A program made the position numbers and the translations under genes. The notes beneath the pieces were generated by a model, which worked only from the letters and a program-made list of their open reading frames with translations, made no database searches and was not told where the DNA came from. A stretch of DNA of 64,000 nt from the NCBI RefSeq assembly GCF_036321535.1, contig NC_087436.1:62312001-62376000 (forward strand), in the 5' to 3' direction. Of this stretch, positions 38,572 to 53,284 are shown one piece after another; within the stretch, counting starts at the first letter, position 1, and every line of letters starts with the position of its first letter. The DNA is from Camelus dromedarius. Lineage: Eukaryota.

Positions 38572-41500
38572 TAACTCTTACGTTCATTAAAATGGCCATC
38601 CACTTAGAAGAGATTCCCTGACCTAGGCTATTTCCCCATTGTTCTGAGGTAGGGGCCAAAAAGGAAGATATTACATCTGTTTGTCAGTAGTCCATGGCTG
38701 ACTCTTAGGCTTAAGCTGTGTAGTCATGTGTGTGACTTGTGCCTTGGCTCTTTCCCAGTTGTTTCCTGATTGCAGTCCTGCCTTCATTTTATGGCTGCCA
38801 AAAGCCGCAGTGGTGGTGGAAGTCCTCACTGGCTCTGTCTGCCCTCCATTATTGACAACATGGGGATTACCTCAGTCCCTTCACAGGCTCTACACTCATT
38901 CAGGTTGTCTGCTGGGGAGTTGTCACATGTCTCTCCTAAGAGAACTTCTAAGAACATAGCTTTACAGAGCCCATGAACACATTGATTGAAATTCACTTTT
39001 GTTTCCCATTCATGTGGTAGTGCTGTACTATCCTGAGAGAAACTTCAGCTGTGCTAGTTAAGAGTTGGAAATTTTTGAATGAGTGGGACTATTCTTTTGC
39101 TTTGCATATGAGCTCCTCACCTGTCCCCCCAAGTGGCAGTAGAATCATGATGTCATCAATATTGAAAGAGATTATATTCCCTGTATATAATGCAGTGACT
39201 ATGGTCTAAGGATTCCAAGAGATGAAATGGTTGGAAGAGGTGCTGTATATTGATGCTAAAATGATTCCAAATGATAAATATAACGTGAACAGAAAATAAA
39301 TGATCACCTACATTTTCCTGCATACGCTAGGTAAGATTTGAATTGGTATTATTTATCATTAGCAAAGAACAATAACAATCCTTGAGAGAGTCAGTGGAAG
39401 GCAGAATTCATAGGTGGCACAATGAATGATGCAACATACAGGTAATATGTAACCAGTGTCAAATGGCATTAGGAAACGGAGACAAGATCTGTGTTCTTTC
39501 AATGCAAACAAGTACCGAAGAGCCATGGCATTGTTAGGATTAATTGTATTGCTTCCTTTTTATCAGAGTGGCATATATGAAGTTAGCCAGGAACCGATGA
39601 TAATTTTTATTCTCCAATAAATAACAGAAAGAGATGATACCTAAACACTATGAAGAGGATTCACTGCATTGAGTGGACAATAATTAAAGACATAAGAACC
39701 TCTTCCCTACCAATCTTTCTAAATTTTCACTGATTAATCACTTTATCTCATATGGGCCAATAGATATAGAAAGTCACCTTGGAAAAAAATATTTTCCCTG
39801 TGTCCTGACATCCTAAAGTCAGGAGAACAAGAACAAGAGAGAACTGAGGAATACAATTGATGAAATTAGTTTATTTCATAATAATTCATAATTAATGAAA
39901 TTTTTTTTACTTTGTTAAAAGAGACTGATGTGGTAAAGCACTTCTAAATTCTAAATACCATTTAAAGTATCCTCTCTGAAAGCCATTGATACACTAAGGA
40001 TTATTTTGTCCTTTGAGTCCTAGTTGTTACTTATTCTAGGCAATATGACCTAATGGTGTTGTCAAACTTTTATTTGTAAATAGTTATAAAAACTCCAGTT
40101 ACCTGAGAATGTTCCTCTTCCTGGAATCTGGAAGAATTAGACAAACATAGCAGTGATTAGTCAATCATAAGGAACAACCCATCTAACCAATACAATTTTT
40201 AGTATTTACCTTTAAGATGTAGTGTTTTTATGGAACTACTGCCTTGGTCACAGGATGGAGACACTGTGACTCTACCTTAAATGTAAAAATCCTTGCTTGT
40301 CAGAGAAATGCAACCTGGATGGATATGTGTCCGGCTGATATGAATATGATACGTATGAATGTGATATTGTTGATATTTCCTTTGAATATGTGTTCACTTT
40401 TAACATGACAAACAGATCCCTTTCACAAAAGTGGTAATATTTTGGCTGCATTTCAGATGTGAGCAGGAGATCATGAGTGTTCAATCTACCACTCATCTTG
40501 CTTTAAACTCCTACTGAGCTAAATGGGAGTTTTGTACTTTAGCAAGCAGTGAATTAGGTTTCCAGTGATGTGAAGAAAAGAGGGCAGACAGTTCCAGATG
40601 GCTGATGCCACAGAAGCTAAGGGTCAATGTTTGCGGAGGAACGAGTGGGCACAATATACAATCTCAATTATTTAAAGTCAGTAGACAGGAAAACAACCAA
40701 AACGGTAACAGATGAATGAAATGACTCTGTTGGCATGAGCAAGTACTGTAAGCTTTTTCAAAGCTCCCAAGGGCAAATGCATTATTAGAAGATTTGTATC
40801 TATTAGGAGCATGCCATAGGATCAAGCTGCTATGAGTATATTTTTAACTATTTATTTTTTTCATCTTCTATTTTAAAAGTTGAAGCAGCAAAGCTTCATA
40901 ATTAAAACACCTCTTTCATTACTTGAAAACAATGTTTCTATAAGAACACATTAGTTTTCAGTTCACCTGACTATAATTACTTACCTTTATATATTTTTTC
41001 CTAATTATACTGTACTGCATTAATATAGTTAGAATAGAAATGATACCATTTTTCTTTCCAGAGACTGAAATGATCACACATTGCTTGCAGCCTAACGTTC
41101 TTCCCCTTTGACTAGTTATAGTGCAATAGATATCAGCTTTGTTTCCAGCATTCCATTGTTAATGCCTCATGCAGGATTCATGCATGATTATCTCAATTTA
41201 GTGTTTTTAATTTAACACAAACATTAGCAAGAAGAACCAATTCACCAAACCTAATGACTGGTCATAATGAAATACAATAAAATGTTACTTTTTACACCAT
41301 TTTTAATGCAAAATTTATCTCAGAACACATTTTAAAGTAAAACGGCATCATTAAAAAGTTCAATATCATCTCACCATATCAGCTAATAAATAAGAGTTAA
41401 GAGAGAAATTAACTTATCTGCAAATAGTCTGAAGAAATGTTTATGGGATATGTATTTCAGTTGGGTGGTGAGAGATTCTAGAAGGATGAAATCCTTGGGA

Positions 41501-44500
41501 TGTCTGGGAGCCATGGCTGGGAGCTTTATGAGAAGGGCGTTAGTTTCTGTTTGTTTGCTTTATGCACTCTGAATTGCTTTGTGAACTTGGGTAAGATACT
41601 TAATTGTCTGTAACCTAGATTTGTCTCGCTGGTAAATTAGGACAGAACACAGGTTTAGAAAGGATCACTGCTCCTATTAAAAGTGAACTGTTGTGTTTTG
41701 GGAAGATTATTTTTCACCTTTTCCTGGGCACTAAAGCTCAAATAGAAATAATTTTATTCAAAACTTTAAAAAATAAGATAAATGTTTAAAAAGAAAGCAC
41801 TATAATCCCTCATCAGCAAAACTAAACAGTACAAAATCTATGCTCTATACCTTACTGATGTATTCCTGGGCATGGATTGCACCTTTGAAAAAAAGATTTT
41901 ACTGATCATTAAACACTGAAACAATTTACTCCACATCATATTAGTATCAGAAATATGAGTGAATTTCAGAAATTCAGAATGTTATTTTATTGCTCATTAA
42001 CATATTTGAATAAGATTGTCATGTGTCCTCTGGACAAAGCACTTCATGATAATAAAGTAAATGACAATTTGGGAAGGTTTAAATTTATACTCTAAAATAT
42101 GGTTTGTGTGTTAAAATAATTAAAAAGACATTGCTTGTATTTTTTATACTGTCAAAAATGTGGAAAATTACCATGGCTGATGCAAAAATTAACCAAACCG
42201 GAAGACTTCTATACAGCCTCCATTGCCATTGTCTTCTGTGAACTCACCTGTCCCTAATTGCAATTAAATTCTACTTTCTCACCTGTGAAATTAAAGGAAT
42301 GGTCTGAATACAAGTCACAGATTCAAATACCCACAAGGACCAACTGGTAATTTAAGTTAATTAAACGTATCAGGTGACTATTTCAGCGAACTGAAGAGTG
42401 ACTATCTCTAAAAATAATCTCCTGCAGTTATTTCCATGCAGGAATTTTGACTAGTACACTTTCCTTTTCACATTTATCTAAGAATTCTTTACTTCAGATA
42501 TCTAATTTTTAAATACTAGTTCAAACATTTTCAAGCAGGCAATATAAAGCATTTATAAAGTACAAACAGACTGAAAGCCACTAATTCTTAAATACTACAA
42601 TAGATCAATTTTTAGATTTCTCCTGATTAACAATCTGTGACTTTGTGTTTCTGTAATGTTGGAATAATACAACTGAATAGAAAACTTTATGTTAGATGGG
42701 GATATGTAAAGTGTAGCACTCTTATATACAGATAAATTGATGGAGGAATTTTGCACAAAAATACTATGATAAATTGAAACATATTGTTTCCTCTCTTATT
42801 CCCTCCATCCTTCCCCATTCTAATGCCTCTATTTTTGCTCAGGTATAAATTGGCTCATATGGTGTTGATTAATGTTGATTCCAATAATCACAATTTTTAA
42901 AAATTAATAGATATTTATTAATAATTAAACTATTACTCCACCTCACCCTCACAACCGTAGGAGAGACCGGTGTCCTACAAGGAATAGAAATGTTGAAATG
43001 GAGACTATCTCACCTAGGGAAAAACAGCTTTTCCCAGAGGATGGTTGTATTTTGGTGTTGTCCCCTAACTTCAGCGTCTATTCTTTACTATTGTAGGCTT
43101 AGGAGATCAATGATTATTTCACCCGGAGAGAAGTAATCTCCCCAAGCCCTTTTGTGATAGGGACACTTAATAAGAAACAGACGTACTTAATACATGAATG
43201 ATGCATTTCTTAATTTCTAAAAAATGTAATAAACAAAGACACTTGTGCTTATTTATTAGTGAGTACTTAATTGTTTTCTGTCCTTGTATTCCAATCTGAC
43301 TGCTTAGCCCATTATAACCAGCTTTTGGATTGATGATTTGTGGAGTAGTTTTAAAGTAGTTTGATGACTTGTATCATAAGGCTAACGTGGATTGATGATC
43401 ATCTTCATTATAGTGATCTTTGTGCCAAAATGACCAAACACCCAAAGGTGACAAGCTCTCACCTAAATCATTCTAGAGGGATGCTGTCAATGTGAGTTTG
43501 TCTCTCTTTCCCTTGGATAAACTCTTTTAAAACGTAAGACCACAATGTAAGATACAAAAAGTTGAATTAACCTAATTCACAGGTTTTTCATTATTATTTG
43601 TGCAAAGGCTTCATTTATTCATTTTTAAATTTGTTTTTTTTTTCATCCCTAGATCCAATTCCCTTCCCATCCACATCAGGCACTTACTTTGGTCTATTTA
43701 CAAATGACCCCAGATAACTAAATATCATCTATAGATATAGTATTGAATTATATTTTAATTTCATAACCAGAATTGTGTTATGAATCCTATTGTTCCTATA
43801 TTTTAACCCAACACTAGGCTTTACTATCTTTACTCTTTTATGCACATTTATTAGTTTGTTGTTTTTTTTTTTTTTACTATTGCTAGGTATTCCATTTTAT
43901 ACGTCTAAGCACTTTGTTTTATCCTTACTCAGTGATAGGCATATATATTTGCAAATTCTTGCTCCCTTTCTTAATATTGTCATAAACATTTTAATTTCAC
44001 TTTCTATAAGTATATGTTACTGTTTTTTCAGACTATAAATATAATTTTGACATAGCTGGAATGTAGAGAACTCATGTTAATGTCAATAGATATTACCAAA
44101 TTTATCCCTAAGTGGTTCTACATATACTAGGAAAGGAAAAGTATTCTCAAATATCCATAGCATTCCAGATATTCCACATTATCAAGCTTTTTTACTTCTT
44201 ATAATCTTACAAGACTGAAATTCCATGTTAGTGTTGCTTAAATTTGTTTTGTTCATAATCTTAAGAATATTGTTAAATGTAAACATATTTATCCTTGATT
44301 GTCTATGTGTTGGCAACTTAATATCCTTTGAGCACTTTTTCTAATATATTTCTTATCTTCTCTTAGTTGGCTTTCAGGATTAAATGTATGCTAATCTATT
44401 ATTAGTTTTAGATATTGTAAAATATTATCTCCCAGATTGTTACCAATTATTATTTTATGATGTTATAATTGTAAACACTTTCTTTTCAGGTCATTTTTCT

Positions 44501-44528
44501 CATGTCTTGTCTTTTTTGTTATCTTCTT

Positions 44529-44745
44529 ATGTTGTGTCAATTTCTGGTGCACAGCATAATGTTTCAGTTATACATATACATACATATATTCCTTATCATA
44601 TTCTTTTTCATTATAGGTTACTAAAAGATATTGACTATAGTTCCCTGTACTATATAGTAGAAACTTATTATTTATCTATTTTGTATATAGTACTTAGTGT
44701 CCACAAATCTCAAACTCTCAATTTATCCCTTCCCACACCCTCTTG
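44529..44745 (-). mobile_element. L1 3'UTR fragment inserted in older L1-derived sequence
   Basis: atgttgtgtcaatttctggtgcacagcataatgtttcagttatacatatac...atttatcccttcccac matches the element at 29735. Confidence 0.75.
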
Positions 44746-47499
44746 TTTTCTTTACATAATCAGTCTTTTCCCCTGTGTTTTCACTAGTTTGTACATGATA
44801 AATTTATTCACTGACTCTGAAAAAAAAAAAAACCTTTTTGAGTGCTGCCATAACTGGGCCTAGTTTTAAACATTTACATAGATAATAAATAAATGAATGA
44901 GTGAATGAATGAATGAAAATCTCTATTCTCAATGGAGCTTACGTATTTTTGTAGATATGGACAATCACCAAACACATAACCTTAAAATATGCAAGGTGGT
45001 TATAAGAGCTACAAGAAAAAAAATGCACCCAGTATAATATATAGAGATTGATAGTGGAGTGTGCAAATTTATAAAGAGAGATCAAAGAAGGTGATATTTA
45101 AGTAGAAAACTAAAAGAAATAGAAGACACACTTCATGTGACTATACAAGAGAAAAGAATTCCAAACCAAAGGAAAAGTAGAAGCAGAGCTCACAGTTTGG
45201 AATTTTTTTTTTTAACAATTAGTAATTCTCTCTTATCCCATGACTATCCCTACTATTTTATTCTATATTCAATGAAGTTTAAACTCTACATTTATTTTGA
45301 ATTCATTTGTATTTTATGTGCATACTTAGTGTAAGTTAATAATACAGATGTATTTTCATAGCATAGTGAGCCACTTTTCCCGCACAATATACTATATTTT
45401 TTTCTTTAGTAATTAATAATGTCATCTCTATTATAAACCAAGGTCTCATATATACATAAGTGTATTTCTGCATACTCTATACTTTTGCATTGATTTACTT
45501 GAGTTTTTTATTTTAATAGCACATTAATTTATTCCTAAATTTGTAATATGTGTCTTAATGCCTGGTATGGTTAAGTTCTCCAGTTTTGCTCTTTTATTTA
45601 AAAAAAATCAGAGCTATTAAATTTCACATAAGTTTCACATAAGTTTAGCAAAACATCCTACTATAGATTGTGAAGTTAGAGATACCATTGAATTCATAGT
45701 TTCAAACCAATCAAAATCAGAGAAAATATAAAGAAAGTCAATTAAAAAACTAAAGCTTTTAAAAATTGATAAATAATAATAAAGGTAACCAAGGGAAAGA
45801 GAAAGAAGCCATGAATCACCAATATCAAAAATGAAACAGGGGACTCAGTACAAATTCTACAGACATGAGGATAATAGAAAAATATTACAGAACACTTAAT
45901 GCTCATAAATTTAATACAGGTGAAAGACACATTCCTTGACAGACATACTCTATCAATGCTCACTTAAGAAAAATTAGATAATATAACTAGTTCTATGTCT
46001 GTTTCAAAGATGAAGTTCTATTTAGATACCTGCCAAATAAGAAACTTTTGGCCCAGATAGTTTCAACTCCCAAAATACTCAAGAAATAATGCAAATGTTA
46101 TATAAACACTTCTAGAAAAAAATAAAATTAGGTAATACTTTATATAATACCAGCATTTACCTGATATCAAAACCAAAGAAAAAGATATTTCAAGAAAAGA
46201 AAATGACAGACCAGTATCTCTTATGAATATAAATGTAAGAACACTCAACAAAATATTTGCAAATAATTCCAACAATTTACTGACGGATGAGACATCACAA
46301 CTAAGTGTGTGTTATCCTGAAATGGCACAGTTGATTTAACATTTCAAAACCAATCAGTGTAATTCATCTTATCCATACACAAAGGAATAACAACCATGTG
46401 ATTACCTTCATAGGTGCAAAAACTGCATTTGGCAAATTTTTACATTCTTACATACGTGAAACTTATACAAACTCTCAGGAATTAAGCATTAAGTGGAACT
46501 TGCTTTACCTAATAAAGAGCACTTACAATAAACTTATATCTAAAATATTTAATGGGAAAGACTAAAGTAGTTTTTTCCTACACAGGGTACCTGAATATAT
46601 CTATTCAATATTGTACTAAAGAACCTAGCCAGTGCAACAGGGCAAGAAAAATCAATAAAATATATATATATATAGATTGGAAAGGAGGAAATAAAATTGT
46701 CTCTGTTTGCATTTTATCTGATTGCCTACGAAAAAAAATTCAAAAAAAATACAAAAATACCACTGGAACTAATAAATGAGTTTAGCAGATTTGTAGGATA
46801 AAAATATATAAATTAATTGTAATTTATATTTGTATATTTATATTCATTTATATATGTGAATTTTTTAGGGATTGAAAAAATTTAACTACCATTTAAAATA
46901 GAATTGAAAATATTAAATATTTATGGGCAAGATCTGAATGGTCAAAACTATGAAATATAAAGGAAAAATTAAAGAGTATAAATAAATATTGAGATACATA
47001 TTTTCATGGATTGGAACACTCAATATGGTTAATAAACCAATTCTTCCCAAATTAACCTATGGATTCAACACAAGTCCACCAAATTCCCAAAAGGAATGTT
47101 TAAAAATTAGCAAGATGGTTCTAAAATTTATACTGGAAAGCAAAAGAAAAAGAATACTCAAAGTATTTTTTTCAAAAAGAAGAACAAAGTCAGAAGATTT
47201 TCTTTAAGACATTATAAACCTGAAATAATGACAACACAATATCAGTAAAAGGATAGACAGAAAAATTAAATCGAGTCTAGAAATACAACTACACATACCT
47301 GACCAGCTGATTTTCAACAAAGATGTATTAACAACTCAATGAAGAAAGGATAACTTTTCAATAAGTGGTGCTGCAAATTCAGACATCCACATAAAAATTA
47401 AAGCTTAGCTTTTCATTAATTTTGTTTACAATATCTTACACATGTAAAAAACTAAGTCACAATAGATTATAGATCTAAATGTAAATTTAAAACTAAAAG

Positions 47500-47612
47500 A
47501 GGATTTGGAGGAGTTGGAGGAGGGAAGGGAGAGAAATGAGTAGAAGTAGAGGAAGCAGAAGAAGGACAAGGAGGACAAGGAAGAAGAGGAGACAGAAAAG
47601 CAGAAGCAGAAA
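47500..47612. repeat. GA-rich polypurine low-complexity tract inside the old L1
   Basis: ggaggagttggaggagggaaggg...gaagaagaggagacagaaaagcagaag. Confidence 0.8.
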
Positions 47613-48014
47613 ATATAAGGGAAAAATCTGTGTGATCTTGAACTAGGCAAAGATGTCTTAGATATGACATCAAATGCATATATTTTAAAAATAAACATTG
47701 ATAAATTAGACTTAATGAAAATTAAATTTATTTGGTCTTTGAAGAACTTTCTTAATTGAAAAGACATGCCATATATTGGGAGACATATATGCAAAACATA
47801 TATATATAAAATAGTTGTATTCTGAATATATAAAAACCTCTAAAATACACAATACTGAGAAAACAAATAATACAATTTTTTGAATAGACACATCACCAAA
47901 GAATCTATGTTGGTGGCAAATAGGCAGATATAAAGAAATGGTGTCATTAGTCATTAGGGATATGCAAAATGAAACCATGATGAGATACTACTACACACTA
48001 TGTCTCAAATACAA

Positions 48015-48136
48015 AATAATAATTATAATAATAACAACAATAGTAGTAGTAGTGGCAGTGGTGGTAGTAATCATCCTACTAACCGTAGCAATAGTAGTAG
48101 CAGTAGTGGTGGTGGTGGTAAATAATAGTAATAATA
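48015..48136. repeat. Degenerate (TAA/TAG/TGG)n trinucleotide tract inside the old L1
   Basis: aataataattataataataacaacaatagtagtagtagtggcagtggtggtag... Confidence 0.85.
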
Positions 48137-51100
48137 TGCCATATGCTGGTGAGGGTACAGAAATACTGACTCTTGCATTGCTCATGGACATACAAAATGG
48201 TACAGCCACTTAACTAAACAGTTTGGCAGTTTCTTATAAATGTAACCATAAACTTACTATGCTACAAGTAATCCCACTTCTACGTATTTGCTCAAAAGAA
48301 ATTAAAATTTACATTAATGCAAAAACCTGTATATTAATATGTATTAAGGCCTTATTAAGTACCACCAAAACTGAAAACAAATTTATTTCAATTTATTGCA
48401 AAATTCTCAGCCCCCAAGTATATTAACTGATATGAAATTGCTCTTTCCTTTTCACCTGATATTGGTCTGATTTTGGTTATGTTCTGGTCTTTAATAGATA
48501 TTGCTTAGGAAATGGCTCTGGTGATTAAAGAAAAAATGAAAGAAAATTACTCAAAACCAGAAGACTATGTTAAAGTATATATGTTAGTTTATATTTTGCA
48601 TTTTTTTCCTCCCTAAGAAGACTTTCCTCTGCTCTCATTCACAAACACACACACACACCACACCCCACCCTCTATCCACAGTTGTCACAGCTTTTGAATC
48701 CTATCTAGGTTTGACTTTTGTGCCTCAATATCTGAGGATATGTATTTACACCAACAAAAAATTGCCAATTGGATATTAGGTTGTAGTTATGGAGTAGGCT
48801 ATAAGCTTGGAAATGTGTTTTGAATAGAAAGACTAGGTTGAATTTTCAGCTTTAAATTTAATCATATAACCTCATCTTGTAGGGCTATTAATAGAATTAA
48901 GTAAGAAAATGAATTCAAGGACAATTTACCAACTATCAAATTATTAATGGTATTATTAATGGGGACTTTTCCAACATTACCTACACAAAGATATATTTAA
49001 ATTTGCCTTTCAACTTCAATTTACCTTTTAACTTTGCCTTTCTGATACCAGGAGAAAAATAATTTTGTTAATGCCTACAACCAGAAAATGTGTTTTATTT
49101 GGCAGATTCATGGCAACCAAGCTAGGGACTAAAACAATAGGTGTTAATATGTGGTTAATATGCCATCTTTGTTCTTTGAAAGAAAATGTAGAGAATATAC
49201 CAAGACCTAGTATTCAGAAACTTTTGGCACTATATTTTGTTGTCCTGGATTCTTGAGATAGGTGTGTAAAGACACACTCCACAAGGAAACATTTTAGTAT
49301 TCTAACCTTTATTTCCAAACTCTCAGATGTTCTGACTTGCATGAATGATACAGAGCTTAAAGATGACTTCTATTCATGTAGCAGAGTCCAATTAGGCCTT
49401 TTATCTCCTCTTCCCAAAGCTCAGTCTAAGATTTTGACTCTATTTCTTTATACTCCATTGCTGAAGTGGAAGCAAGGAAAGGGAATTCCAAAAATTTTCA
49501 GACAACATAATTTCTCTCTAAATCCCAGGGAAAATCTGTTTTATAGCTCTGTAGCCAAGCCATTGCTGGACAATGATTTGTGTGGTAGCTGCAGGGAAAT
49601 TTTACAACATTATTAAAGGAACTAATCCTAATATGTCATATAGACTCAATAATTTGAAATCAATTTCTTGTACATACCAGAAATTGTCACCTTTATTTAA
49701 TGTCCTTGTATCTGATCATAACCCCTATTAATTTTTCTCTTTAGTGATATAATTAGTTAGGGCAAAGTGAAATAGGGGAGACTGTTGAAGGTGATGGGAT
49801 ATGAATGTCTGCCAACAGCCAAAGATTATGTAATAGGGTGCAAAATTTAATGTTCCCTTCAATGGACAAAATTTAGCATATTTACTGAAGCAATTTCTTA
49901 ACTCCAGTATCACAAGACTTCTATTACAAGACAGGAACAGCACCTGGGAGTGTTGTAATTCTCATTAGCCTAAGGATTCTTCTTTTCATAATAGCAGTGA
50001 AGATAAAATCTTTAAAAGTGTAGTATGTGTCCTTAGTTTCTCGAAAGAGCATTCAACAAACACAGAGAAATGCATGTACTTAAAATGAATGAATACTATA
50101 AGTATTTAGGGTATTTACTTTTTTAATGTAAGTAGTTGATATTGTTTCCCATTATGACAACCCCATTTTGTTTCTTTTACTACCCTACTTACTTGGCAAT
50201 AGTGTCACTTTTTATTGGACTAGTGGCTCGAAGACACAGAATTTAAATTATTTGAATTAAATCCTGTGCTTTCATTTGTTCTTCTGGCAATTGGCTTGCC
50301 TCTCCACAGGAATATTCTTGAACATTTTTATCTATTCAGCTAAGAATTGAGTATAAAAGGATGCAAAAATACCATCTGATTGCACAGATATTATAAAAAT
50401 ATAAATTTTACACAGAAGGACAAATAAGTTGCATTCATAGTTCATTGATATACATTTTATTAGATAAAATGTGATTTTAATCTATTCCATAAACAAATTT
50501 TTGTTTTGTTTTTCTCATCGTGAATGATTATAAATAAAAGAAATAGAATCATAAAGTGTAGTAAATAGAGGTAACACATTTATGTGAGTGTTTTTAAAAA
50601 ATTCTAGGATCTTTGAAAGTTACAATAAAGTTTTTTTTTTTAAGTGGTATATTATATGTTCTCAAAAAGCCATGTTAAATTAAAGTATTTATATTTCGAT
50701 CTCCTCCAGTCTTCACTTTGTTGAATCCTAGGAGCTTCTTTTCATTTTTACTCTTCAACATTCTGACACTGTGATATCCTTTATTTTTTGATCATTACTT
50801 TAGTTTCATGAAACAAAGAGGAGGTGCAGAATTTAAATCCTTCAACTGAAGTAAAGTAGAGTAATTCCATAATATTTTTGTCCTTAAGTGAAGTCATTTG
50901 GTGCCATCATAAACATTTTTATTTTAAAGATTTTACTTTAAGATTTCATACTATGCATGAGTCAAAGTGAGTTTCATTCAGTTAGCATCTATTGGTAGTT
51001 TTTTTTTTTAATGCAGTATTCACTGAGATAACAAAGATAAAGAAGCACCGTGTCTACCACTGGGAATCAGTAATTGATGGATATAGACATGTAATTATTA

Positions 51101-51429
51101 TGTATTATATATAAAATACAAATGTATATAAAATAAAGTCTTACAGGTACGTATCAATGTTGTTAGAGTCAGAAATCAACTACAGTTTACTTTAGCAGAA
51201 AATACATTCATTTGAGTGATATTTATATGCTCAGCTTTTGCTGGAAAGCTGGTGAGGTAGGATTAAGGAGGGAAGACAAAACCACAATTCTCTTCAGTTA
51301 TAGATTACATAGGTCTCTCTTAAAGATGGCATCACTACTAAATCTTGGCGTAACTACCCTCATGATTCTTAGAAAGAGAATCACTGAGTGTAAAATATTT
51401 TTACTCTTTTAATTGCTTATCAATAAACT

Positions 51430-52200
51430 TAATAAATGTTTAATAAGACTGACAAAAGAGAGAGTGAGAGAATAAAAGTTAGCAATATCAGTAATGAGGA
51501 ATGAAACAGAATCTATTACTGCAGACCCTACAGACATTAATGGGAAATTTTGGGATAATATGGACAAATCTGCACACATACATTTGAAAACTTACATAAA
51601 ATGAAACAATTCTTCAAATACACACTACCAAAACACACTCAATATGAAAAAGATTATATGAATAGTACTATAGTTATAATACCTTGAATATGTAATTAAA
51701 AATATTCCAAAATATAGGGTTTGTTTGCAGAACTATATCAAAGTTTTAAAGAAGAATAAAACACCAATACTACTAAACCTATTCTAGAAAATAGAAAGGA
51801 GACAAAACTCCACAAATCTTTTACTCAGCCACTATTGTTATACACCAAAACCAAAGACAGTATAAAAAAGAAAATTACAGACCAGTATGCTTCATGAACA
51901 AGACCAAAAATGCTCAACAAAACAAAATATTAGCAATCTGTGTACAGCAATATATATGCATATGTATAAGTGTCATTTGTATGTGTGTATTATATAACAC
52001 AACCAAAGCAAAAGGGAAGTTCCAGGCATGAAAAGATAATTTAATATTCAAAAGATCATCAATTTAACAAACTCCAAGATCCATTCCTGATAAGAACTCT
52101 CCGTACATCAGACATAGAATGTAATTCTTCAACCTGATAAAGAGCATCTATGAAAAACCTTTATCTGATATCATACTCAGTGGTGTACACTGAATGACAC
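51430..52200 (+). mobile_element. Ancient L1M ORF2 fragment
   Basis: actgcagaccctacagacatt, aaattacagaccagtatgcttcatgaac, caacctgataaagagcatctatgaaaaacc. Confidence 0.8.
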
Positions 52201-52419
52201 TTCTAAGAGAATAGTGAATTGATAATGAAAGAGAACATAATTCTAAAAGCAGAGACATTTAACTGACTATCATTGAAGGAAGTGTCATGAGAAACTGAGA
52301 AAGGAAGAAACAAGATCAAATAACAAAGGTGCACTTCTCTCAGGAACCAATGGAAAATATCAATTTTTTTTTGCAGTAATAGTAAGCATTTATTTTGTTT
52401 TTTTGTTCATTTTGGTATT

Positions 52420-52502
52420 GTTTTATTTTATTTTATTTTTTAATTGAAGTATAGTCAGTTATAATGTGTCAGTTTCTGGTGTACAGCACAATGTCCCAGT
52501 CA
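52420..52502 (-). mobile_element. Very short L1 3'-end fragment
   Basis: (tttta)n tail plus taattgaagtatagtcagttataatgtgtcagtttctggtgtacagcacaatgtcccagtca. Confidence 0.8.
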
Positions 52503-52800
52503 ATTGGTTTCTGAGAGGCATTGAAGCCTTATTTATAAAGGCTTCAAATATTCCAGGGAGTTGGTAGACTATAATAGCCCACTGTGTTTGTCAACAAGAA
52601 TGTCATTGGTAACATTAGCTGGGAGAGTTCCAGTAGAGGAAGCGAAGGAATCGTAGTATGGTTTCCATGGACTGAGGAGCAATGGAAAGTGTCCAAAGCA
52701 TGTAAGGTATATTCTTCTGAGTATCTTGATCAAAGGAGATATTTAGAATGATAGAGCAAGATATGCACTTGAGAAGGATTTTTAAGATGGGTAGTTTGCT

Positions 52801-53284
52801 TTATGATTGGATAAAGTAGCTGTGGTACATACATTACAATGGAATACTACTCCCTCATAGTAAAGAGTAAAGTAATGCCATTTACAGCAACATGGATGGA
52901 CATGGAGATAATCATTTTAAGTGAAGTAAGCCAGAAAGAGAAAGAAAAATACTATATGATACCATGGAATCTAAAAAAAAATGCAAATGAACTTATTTAC
53001 AAAACAGAAATAGACTCACAGACATAGAGAACAAGCTTATGGTTACAAGTAGGGGGATGGGGTGGTAGAAGGATAAATTGGGAGTTTGGGAATTTCAGAT
53101 ACAAACTACTATGTACAAAATAGATAAACAACAAGGTCCTACTGTATAGCACAGGTGACTATATTCAATATCTGGTAATAGTCTATAAAAAGAATATAAA
53201 AAGGAATATATATGTATAGCTGAATTATTCTGCTGCACACCACAAATTAATACAGCATTGTAAACCAACTATGCTTCAATTAAA
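52801..53284 (+). mobile_element. 5'-truncated L1 (ORF2 end plus 3'UTR) with TSD
   Basis: ORF 52839-53027 reads MEYY...MPFTATWMDMEIIILSEVSQKEKEKY. 17-bp TSD with 3 mismatches: aagatgggtagtttgct (52784-52800) / aaaatgggtaatttgat (53285-53301), target TT/AAGA. Confidence 0.9.

Larger units (their letters stand above)
45700..48390 (+). mobile_element. Ancient L1M ORF2 remnant
   Basis: Collinear ORF2 motifs: gaccagtatctcttatgaatataaatg, ttcatggattggaacactcaatatgg (SWIGTLNMV..ILPKL), gattttcaacaaagatg, tcattagtcattaggga, aaaatggtacagccactt. Confidence 0.85.

Noticed and set aside
47938..48213. Poly-Val/Ile and poly-Thr ORFs resembling a transmembrane or mucin-like peptide
   Set aside because: They arise from a trinucleotide tract inside a decayed L1.
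45270..48390. Adjacent minus- and plus-strand L1 relics suggesting a twin-primed inversion
   Set aside because: The minus piece appears to cover an ORF2 region also present in the plus piece, so two independent old insertions are more likely.
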